From Halomicronema hongdechloris C2206 (lineage in GTDB: Bacteria > Cyanobacteriota > Cyanobacteriia > Phormidesmidales > Phormidesmidaceae), in the NCBI RefSeq assembly GCF_002075285.3, contig NZ_CP021983.2, forward strand, positions 360,001-392,000: a DNA stretch of 32,000 nucleotides, given 5' to 3'. Made by a program: the position numbers and the translations under genes. Every line of letters begins with the position of its first letter. Within the stretch, counting starts at the first letter, position 1. Shown here in pieces: positions 7,206 through 14,324 of this stretch. The notes beneath the pieces were generated by a model. It was not told the origin of the DNA. It saw only the letters and a list, made by a program, of their open reading frames with translations, and did not search any database.

Positions 7206-8507
7206 GCTGACTGCCTGACACATCTTTTACTCTAGTCGGCAGGATAGAGAGCGGATGCGAGAGAACCAGATTTGGTCGTAATAGTCGTGCTCCGCTTTTT
7301 TGGAGGCAAAACAAGGCTCTGGGTCACGGACTAACAGCGCTATCGGCTCTAGAAGCTGTCGTCCTTTGTGAACGACTCCCTTAAGCCAGCGCAATCCAAT
7401 CTTGAGGTAGCTGAGTCCGCGCCGCCAATGAGGGTCTACCTGCTGCCTAAGGCCTTCAATCTGAACCGCCATGCCAGTGGTTGTTCCATAAAGCAGTGCA
7501 ATAGCGGCCACTAGATAAAGTCGCTCAAGGGCTACCGCTGAGCGGATTCGGGAGTCTTCAATCTCGAAAGCTCCTGATTTGCTATCCAAAAACAGCTCCT
7601 CTACTCTGAAACGCAACGCGTAGCGCCAGAGCGTCTGCAAGGTAGGCGGTTCATCGGTGATGACGGCCCAAGGCTCTTTGACGCCTTTAAGCGTCGCCAG
7701 CACGATGTTGCACTGGTGGGAGCCATCCTGCCACAGCCTGACATTTCGATAGAAAATCGCCTCGCCTTTTGGCGGCCACAGATATCTCACTTCAGTCGGA
7801 TAACGCCTTGGCCCGTGCAGCAGGACATCGCAGGGCACTCGCAAGCAGTAGTGCCAACTGCTCGCTTGCAACCAACTCATCAAGTCGTGGTTGGCAAAGC
7901 CTCGGTCGGCCAGCAGCATTAGGTTCGGGTACTGCCTCAAAAGCCACCGGGCACGGCGCAGCAAAGGGCGGTATTCTTCAAAAGCCACCGTTGCACTGCC
8001 ATGCTCAAGCACTCGCCACAGTAGCGGGACTGCTCGTCCGCAGCACACCACTGACAGGTGAATCATGCAGTATTGGTTCCACAGCACCGTTGTATCGAGT
8101 GCCAGATACAGCCGCTTGCCCTCCCACTGCCTCAGCGTCAGCAGCACCAGCGGTAGGTAGAGCTGATTTATCTCAACGAGCCGGTTGCCGAAAAATCGAT
8201 GCCACCGCCGCTCGAAGCTTTGCGCTTTGTTGGCACGGCTTATCACGTAGGACTCCCAAGCAGGTGGGCTCAGCTCACCACTACAAATCAGGGCGGTGAC
8301 CATCCAAGATAGGGCTTTGATATGGCGCAAGTCCCGGTAGTGGCTGTATTGACGCAGATAGTGCAGCAGTTGATCATAGAGCTGGGTAGAGCTTGGCATG
8401 TCGCTTTGGCCGTCAGTGTGGTAACTACAGCCTCGCACACGAGCTCTGCCTATTTCCTCTTTGTCCTGATATGACTACCTTTCAGCTACTTCTGTCAGGC
8501 ACTCAGC
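7206..8507 (-). mobile_element. IS4-superfamily insertion sequence (~1.3 kb)
   Basis: Terminal inverted repeats GCTGACTGCCTGACA (7206-7220) and the reverse complement of 8493-8507, GCTGAGTGCCTGACA (14/15 match). It is flanked by the direct repeat TTCTCAT(G) at 7199-7205(6) and 8508-8514(5). It encodes a single DDE transposase ORF. Confidence 0.8.
7227..8438 (-). CDS. IS4-family DDE transposase
   Basis: 403-aa ORF (390 aa from the ATG at 8399). LALDTTVLW, LLADRGFANHDL and later acidic motifs are typical of IS4/IS701-like DDE transposases. Confidence 0.8.
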   Translation of the reverse strand: MRGCSYHTDGQSDMPSSTQLYDQLLHYLRQYSHYRDLRHIKALSWMVTALICSGELSPPAWESYVISRANKAQSFERRWHRFFGNRLVEINQLYLPLVLLTLRQWEGKRLYLALDTTVLWNQYCMIHLSVVCCGRAVPLLWRVLEHGSATVAFEEYRPLLRRARWLLRQYPNLMLLADRGFANHDLMSWLQASSWHYCLRVPCDVLLHGPRRYPTEVRYLWPPKGEAIFYRNVRLWQDGSHQCNIVLATLKGVKEPWAVITDEPPTLQTLWRYALRFRVEELFLDSKSGAFEIEDSRIRSAVALERLYLVAAIALLYGTTTGMAVQIEGLRQQVDPHWRRGLSYLKIGLRWLKGVVHKGRQLLEPIALLVRDPEPCFASKKAEHDYYDQIWFSRIRSLSCRLE

Positions 8508-8514
8508 TTCTCAT

Positions 8515-9800
8515 GGGCACCTCGAAAAATAGCCAGAGCGATCTCAGTATGAGATCATAAGGTCGGTTTTGTTGAAGCACGCAGGCCATGGGACAGCAGG
8601 GATTCTGGGATATCGAAGAGCGCCAGCAAAAACTGGAGCAAAAGAAGGCGGTACTGAATCGGTTGAATCAACTGGTGCCGTGGGAGACCTTTCGTCCGAT
8701 TCTGATGCAGATTCGAGAGAAACCGCGCAAAAGCCAGGCCGGTCGTAACCCCACCGATGTCCTGTTACTCTTCAAGATGCTGGTGCTGCAAAAGCTATAC
8801 AACATCAGCGATGACGAACTGGAATATCAGGTCAACGACCGACTGTCCTTCATGCAATTTCTCGGTTTGGGGCTTGAGGATAGAGTCCCGGATGCAACGA
8901 CGGTGTGGCTCTTCCGAGAACAGTTGCAGCAGCACGGCTTGGTGGAGGCGTTGTTCGAGCAGTTTGGAGCCTATCTGCAAGGGGCAGGCTATGCCGCCAA
9001 GGATGGGCAAATTGTGGATGCGACCTTGATTCCAGTTCCCAAACAACGCAACACCCGTGAGGAGAACCAAACCCTCAAGCAGGGTGAGGTTCCCGTTGAG
9101 TGGCAAGAGACCCCTCATCAGCTCGCGCAAAAAGATGTTGACGCCCGATGGACGAAGAAAAATGGAACGTCCCACTACGGCTACAAAAACCACATCAATA
9201 GTGATGCCGGCTTTAAGCTCATTCGCCGTTACAGCGTCACCGATGCGTCGGTCCATGACTCGCAGGTCTTGGGCGAGTTGCTCGATGCGGATAATAGCGG
9301 CGATGGACTTTGGGCCGATAGTGCGTATCTCTCCGTGCTGATTGTCGAGGTGCTGAAATTGATAGGGTTTGAGCCGCATATAAATGAACGGGCCTATCGC
9401 AATCGCCCCTTAAGCGAGGCCCAGAAAACCGCGAATCGAGAGCGCTCCAAAACCCGTGCCAGAGTGGAGCACATCTTCGGAGATGTCGTCACCAGCATGG
9501 GTGGCAAGGTGGTGCGCAGCATCGGGTTAGCCCGTGCCCAGACCCAGCTAGGTCTGAAAAATCTGGTGTATAACCTGAAGCGGTTTGTGTGTCTCGAAAC
9601 CCAACGTGCTGCATCGGCTGAACTGGCAAGATAATCGGACCTAAAGCCGGGAAATCGACTTAAACGTGGTCTTCCAACCCTATTTTTTTGTCAAAATGGG
9701 AAGCTTTTTTCGGTGGAATGTCTCGGACTCTCTTTGAGTCACCTTGACGGTCTCAAATGAGACGCCATTAGCTAAAGAAAACTGATTAATCGAGGTCCCC
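8515..9800 (+). mobile_element. IS5-family insertion sequence, copy 1 (1286 bp)
   Basis: IRL is GGGCACCTCGA and the reverse complement of the right end is GGGGACCTCGA. The 4-bp direct repeat TCAT lies at 8511-8514 and 9801-9804. It appears identical to 11791..13076. Confidence 0.85.
8588..9634 (+). CDS. IS5-family transposase (DUF772 N-terminal domain plus DDE domain)
   Basis: The 348-aa sequence ...GRNPTDVLLLFKMLVLQKLYNISDDELEYQVNDRLSFMQFLGL... is the typical IS5 N-terminal region. It is identical to ORF 11864..12910. Confidence 0.9.
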   Translation: MGQQGFWDIEERQQKLEQKKAVLNRLNQLVPWETFRPILMQIREKPRKSQAGRNPTDVLLLFKMLVLQKLYNISDDELEYQVNDRLSFMQFLGLGLEDRVPDATTVWLFREQLQQHGLVEALFEQFGAYLQGAGYAAKDGQIVDATLIPVPKQRNTREENQTLKQGEVPVEWQETPHQLAQKDVDARWTKKNGTSHYGYKNHINSDAGFKLIRRYSVTDASVHDSQVLGELLDADNSGDGLWADSAYLSVLIVEVLKLIGFEPHINERAYRNRPLSEAQKTANRERSKTRARVEHIFGDVVTSMGGKVVRSIGLARAQTQLGLKNLVYNLKRFVCLETQRAASAELAR

Positions 9801-9845
9801 TCATGTTATAGGAAAATACAAAATAACAACCTTTAAGCACTAAAG

Positions 9846-11048
9846 ATGTCGTCAATTTGGATAATTCTTCTGGACGTTTCCAGTTCTATGAATGAAGGCT
9901 TCTCTGGCAGAGGAGCAACTGATCCTCTAGCAGAACGAGGTGCTTGGCGAACAAAGCTGGAGGCTGCTTCAGAGCTTTTACTGCGCCAGATTGCTTCTAT
10001 ACGTGATCAAGATGTTGCAGTTATTAAGTTCGCTGATCAGGCTGAAAAGATTTTTCAAGGACATCAAAGTGCTTTCTCTCCATCTTCCTTTAGTGTCCTT
10101 CAAGGTGGTGGACGTACTAATCTTACTGCGGCGCTCAATATTGTTGCGATTGATTCTTCGTTCAATCGATATCGTGCACTTAGTGTGCTTATACTGTCAG
10201 ATGGATTAGCAAATATTGGGAACCCTCAAATAGAAGCTGAGCGAATAATTGAGAGATACCCTTTTGCACGAATAGACACCATCCTGATTGATGAAACTGA
10301 TCAAGGACGAGCAATTGCTGAAAGTGTCTCTATTAATGGTTCTGTTCGAAATGCTGTCTCTATTCTACAACTTCAAGATTCTGTTGAGAGAGCCCGTGTA
10401 GCTGGTCTTCAGCAAGAGATTAGTGGTTTAGCGCAGCGACAGCTTGCACTTGAGAGTGAACTGTCTGCAATCGCCAATGTTTCTACACCGACATTACTAA
10501 CTGTAACTTCTCAAGTCTCTCTCACGCCTTCTTCCTTGCGAGATCAAATCTCACCATTTCTCACTGGAATAGAAGAGATACAAGAGGTTGCATCTACTGC
10601 GTCAGGTGCTTCTTATCGAGGTCGTATACGTTCTATATCACAAAGCTCTCCTGTCTCGATCTCTTTATCAGGTCTGCGTGAAGCAGTAGAGCTTTTTCTT
10701 GAGTGGATAGTACCTTGGCGTAGAGAGCATGTTGAGCAGATGCTAGTGCTTCAACGAAGGCGGGAAGAGCTTGAACAAAGGAAGCTTGAAATGGATTTAG
10801 GTCGTGAGAATGCAGAGCTTGATGCTCTTGAGCTTTCAAATCGCCGTCTTGAACTTGAACTTCTTACTTCCAAGCTAGAACTTGCAGAAAGATTACTCAA
10901 TCATCTTGACCCTAACGAGAATATGTCGGGATCTGAGCGAGTTGCTTATGTTCAAAAGCTTGTTGGTAGCATAGATCGTCTCGCAAGTAATAGACTCGAA
11001 TTTCAAGCATCCGGCCCAGGCTTTGAGTCCAGGTCAAATATCCAGTAA
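9846..11048 (+). CDS. von Willebrand factor A (vWA) domain protein with a long C-terminal coiled-coil
   Basis: MIDAS motif D10-V-S-S-S14, followed by GGRTNLTAAL and ILSDGLAN. The C-terminal ~200 aa are heptad-like and Leu/Glu-rich (LELELLTSKLELAERLL). Confidence 0.75.
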   Translation: MSSIWIILLDVSSSMNEGFSGRGATDPLAERGAWRTKLEAASELLLRQIASIRDQDVAVIKFADQAEKIFQGHQSAFSPSSFSVLQGGGRTNLTAALNIVAIDSSFNRYRALSVLILSDGLANIGNPQIEAERIIERYPFARIDTILIDETDQGRAIAESVSINGSVRNAVSILQLQDSVERARVAGLQQEISGLAQRQLALESELSAIANVSTPTLLTVTSQVSLTPSSLRDQISPFLTGIEEIQEVASTASGASYRGRIRSISQSSPVSISLSGLREAVELFLEWIVPWRREHVEQMLVLQRRREELEQRKLEMDLGRENAELDALELSNRRLELELLTSKLELAERLLNHLDPNENMSGSERVAYVQKLVGSIDRLASNRLEFQASGPGFESRSNIQ

Positions 11049-11112
11049 TAATAATGATTTCAGCTTGCAAACCAGAGAGGTATAAGTGCTAACAATTATA
11101 GAACCTTGGTAT

Positions 11113-11202
11113 GCCTAACAATTTCTTGCAGGCGGACGCGAAGGCAAAAGGTTCGGACTTTTCCGAAAGATGGTCTCGCGCCGCTGAAGATTACCGTCAG
11201 GC
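11113..11202 (+). other. Degenerate attC-like site (90 bp), last of the array
   Basis: Inverse core GCCTAAC (11113-11119). The arm GCAGGCGG-A-CGCGA pairs with TCGCGCCGCTG. The core position reads GTCAGGC (11196-11202) rather than GTTRRRY. Confidence 0.55.
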
Positions 11203-11790
11203 TACTCAATAACCACCAGAGGATTGGCCATGGGTACTTTTGCACAGAAATCAAGGGCAACTCAGCAGATTACATCTGCCAAGCCTGCGATCAAGCCTAC
11301 GATATCCAGTCGGATCCAGCGGCATGAGTTGCCCCCGCAGTGTCATCGTCCACATCCAGGAGCACTACAGACGAAACTCACGATCGACCAGCCTGGAGAC
11401 ATCTATGAACAGGAGGCAGATCGTGTTGCGAACCAAGTGATTCGCATGCCTGATCCCAAGCTGCAGCGCACCTGTGCCTGTGGTGGTGGCTGTCCCCAGT
11501 GTCAGGCACAGCGACCGGAGCAGAAACCAATGCGCCTACAACTGCGGCGCCTTCAGTCGAACAACGAGGAACAGATTTCAGCACTGCCCATCGTCCACGA
11601 AGTATTGCGCTCACCCGGCCAGCCCCTGGATGCCCACACCCGCAGCTTTATGGAGCCACGTTTTGGGCATGATTTCAGCCAAGTGCGAGTGCACACGGAT
11701 GCGAAGGCGGCAGAGTCAGCACAAGCGATCAATGCGCAGGGGTATACAGTGGGCCAGCACGTTGTCTTGGATAACGACCGATTATCTTCA

Positions 11791-13076
11791 GGGCACCTCG
11801 AAAAATAGCCAGAGCGATCTCAGTATGAGATCATAAGGTCGGTTTTGTTGAAGCACGCAGGCCATGGGACAGCAGGGATTCTGGGATATCGAAGAGCGCC
11901 AGCAAAAACTGGAGCAAAAGAAGGCGGTACTGAATCGGTTGAATCAACTGGTGCCGTGGGAGACCTTTCGTCCGATTCTGATGCAGATTCGAGAGAAACC
12001 GCGCAAAAGCCAGGCCGGTCGTAACCCCACCGATGTCCTGTTACTCTTCAAGATGCTGGTGCTGCAAAAGCTATACAACATCAGCGATGACGAACTGGAA
12101 TATCAGGTCAACGACCGACTGTCCTTCATGCAATTTCTCGGTTTGGGGCTTGAGGATAGAGTCCCGGATGCAACGACGGTGTGGCTCTTCCGAGAACAGT
12201 TGCAGCAGCACGGCTTGGTGGAGGCGTTGTTCGAGCAGTTTGGAGCCTATCTGCAAGGGGCAGGCTATGCCGCCAAGGATGGGCAAATTGTGGATGCGAC
12301 CTTGATTCCAGTTCCCAAACAACGCAACACCCGTGAGGAGAACCAAACCCTCAAGCAGGGTGAGGTTCCCGTTGAGTGGCAAGAGACCCCTCATCAGCTC
12401 GCGCAAAAAGATGTTGACGCCCGATGGACGAAGAAAAATGGAACGTCCCACTACGGCTACAAAAACCACATCAATAGTGATGCCGGCTTTAAGCTCATTC
12501 GCCGTTACAGCGTCACCGATGCGTCGGTCCATGACTCGCAGGTCTTGGGCGAGTTGCTCGATGCGGATAATAGCGGCGATGGACTTTGGGCCGATAGTGC
12601 GTATCTCTCCGTGCTGATTGTCGAGGTGCTGAAATTGATAGGGTTTGAGCCGCATATAAATGAACGGGCCTATCGCAATCGCCCCTTAAGCGAGGCCCAG
12701 AAAACCGCGAATCGAGAGCGCTCCAAAACCCGTGCCAGAGTGGAGCACATCTTCGGAGATGTCGTCACCAGCATGGGTGGCAAGGTGGTGCGCAGCATCG
12801 GGTTAGCCCGTGCCCAGACCCAGCTAGGTCTGAAAAATCTGGTGTATAACCTGAAGCGGTTTGTGTGTCTCGAAACCCAACGTGCTGCATCGGCTGAACT
12901 GGCAAGATAATCGGACCTAAAGCCGGGAAATCGACTTAAACGTGGTCTTCCAACCCTATTTTTTTGTCAAAATGGGAAGCTTTTTTCGGTGGAATGTCTC
13001 GGACTCTCTTTGAGTCACCTTGACGGTCTCAAATGAGACGCCATTAGCTAAAGAAAACTGATTAATCGAGGTCCCC
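11791..13076 (+). mobile_element. IS5-family insertion sequence, copy 2 (1286 bp)
   Basis: Same ends as copy 1. The 4-bp direct repeat TTCA lies at 11787-11790 and 13077-13080. ORFs in three frames are identical to those of copy 1. Confidence 0.85.
11864..12910 (+). CDS. IS5-family transposase (copy 2)
   Basis: The protein is identical to ORF 8588..9634. Confidence 0.9.
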   Translation: MGQQGFWDIEERQQKLEQKKAVLNRLNQLVPWETFRPILMQIREKPRKSQAGRNPTDVLLLFKMLVLQKLYNISDDELEYQVNDRLSFMQFLGLGLEDRVPDATTVWLFREQLQQHGLVEALFEQFGAYLQGAGYAAKDGQIVDATLIPVPKQRNTREENQTLKQGEVPVEWQETPHQLAQKDVDARWTKKNGTSHYGYKNHINSDAGFKLIRRYSVTDASVHDSQVLGELLDADNSGDGLWADSAYLSVLIVEVLKLIGFEPHINERAYRNRPLSEAQKTANRERSKTRARVEHIFGDVVTSMGGKVVRSIGLARAQTQLGLKNLVYNLKRFVCLETQRAASAELAR

Positions 13077-13895
13077 TTCAGGAAGTGGACGTGCCCGTTT
13101 TTTGATGGCCCATGAATTGGCCCATGTTGTGCAGCAAGGTGGTGCTCTTGCCAGGCATGGAGACCACAGGATTGAACCGGCAGCCCAGGGATCCAGCCAT
13201 AGAATCCAACGACAGTCCCCATCGCCGCCTACTAGCGAGAGAGTCTGGGGACTACCCGTCACACGCAGTATGTGTGGATGCCGCCAGCAGGTGCGGGATG
13301 GAATTAATTGGGCCAATACCGCAGCGGCGACCTATGCCGCCTGTGACGTTCCGGCCAATCCGACCAACGTCGATGTTGAAGCCTGCTTCGATGCCGCCCA
13401 TCCCGGTACTACCGTAGCTGGCTCCACCAGTGCCAGTGGCACAATGACGCTACCACCGCCATCGGCTGATCCCTGCCAGCGCATCGATGACAAAGCTACC
13501 TTCGTCCATGAGACCATGCATGCTCGCCATACGAATGACATCGCGCGGGCTCAAGGAGCAGCTTTCTTCCGCGAGTGGAAGCGGCTGGCAGGAGTCCCCA
13601 ATCGGCTAGATACCCTGCGGGCTACCTTCCCCGCTGAAGTAGCAGCCTTCGAAGCCCAGTGGCAGGACGGCCACGACTGGGCCCAGGACGAGGTGAATTC
13701 TTACCGCTGGGAGCGTCGGTTTTTGCAAGCCGCCCTGGCTGCCCTGAATCGTATCTGTCCGTAGCCTTGAACCTTATCGGTTGCTCTACTAAAGCTGTGG
13801 GACCCGATGCTGTCTATGCGCCGACCCTGTCTTCTATCCACCGTCACCTTCCCGGCACCATGGAGCAGTCCCTGGTAGCGTGAGAGGACCCCACT

Positions 13896-14201
13896 ATGTC
13901 AGACAATAACAACAATGACGAAGATGTGGTGCTGCGTGGTGTCATCACCGCGCTAAGGCCACAGCGCGGTCCCCACCCGCACTTGAAGTGGGTGGCCGTC
14001 CTAGACGTTGATGCCGTCATGGCAGGGCAGTTCTCTGGTCAGACCTTTGCCTTCCACATCCATAGCCCTACAAAGTCTGGCATAGCTGTCGGCGGGCAGT
14101 ACGTGATACGGATGACACGCACCCCCGCCGGAGAGTATCTCCTCAGGGCCATTGAACCCTGGAAAGATGGGCCCCCGTCGCAGTTAGAAAATGGGACCTG
14201 A
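13896..14201 (+). CDS. Hypothetical small protein (101 aa) downstream of the DUF4157 gene
   Basis: An ATG ORF preceded by GAGG, on the same strand and 131 nt after the DUF4157 stop. I recognise no motif. Confidence 0.4.
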   Translation: MSDNNNNDEDVVLRGVITALRPQRGPHPHLKWVAVLDVDAVMAGQFSGQTFAFHIHSPTKSGIAVGGQYVIRMTRTPAGEYLLRAIEPWKDGPPSQLENGT

Positions 14202-14324
14202 GCCCAACTGTTCTGCTGACCTGACGTTCTGTTAAGTAGCAGGGCTCGATTAACTGTAAGATGGCGAACGCTGTACCCCATCCCCAGCATAGAAAGCGCC
14301 TGTAGTTTGATTCTGCCCAGCTAC

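Larger units (their letters stand above)
11230..13764 (+). pseudogene. DUF4157-domain (HExxH) toxin-like gene disrupted by IS5 copy 2; fragments are 11230..11790 and 13081..13764
   Basis: The N-terminal fragment has DUF4157 hallmarks (LTIDQPGDIYEQEADRVANQV, PLDAHTRSFMEPRFGHDFSQVRVH, GYTVGQHVV). Removing the IS and one TTCA copy joins ...DRLSS to GSGRARFLMAHELAHVVQQ in frame. Confidence 0.8.

Noticed and set aside
6292-7223. Antisense and alternative-frame ORFs 6292..6582(-), 6404..6928(-), 6579..7223(-) and 6649..7218(+).
   Set aside because: These are the same GC-rich artefact as above. They overlap the UDG-like gene, which has recognisable motifs, and they cross attC and IS boundaries.
11106-11327. 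A 73-aa ORF overlapping the terminal attC-like site and the DUF4157 start.
   Set aside because: It spans a recombination site and the better-supported DUF4157 start. It has no motif.
8515-13076. A composite transposon formed by the two IS5 copies.
   Set aside because: Each copy has its own matching 4-bp target duplication and the outer flanks do not match each other. The arrangement is therefore explained by two independent insertions, not by transposition of a composite unit.
14202-14237. GCCCAAC ... GTTAAGT, a formally perfect RYYYAAC/GTTRRRY pair after ORF 13896..14201.
   Set aside because: It is only 36 bp end to end, too short for an attC. It has no paired inner arms and no family boxes, so it is most likely chance.
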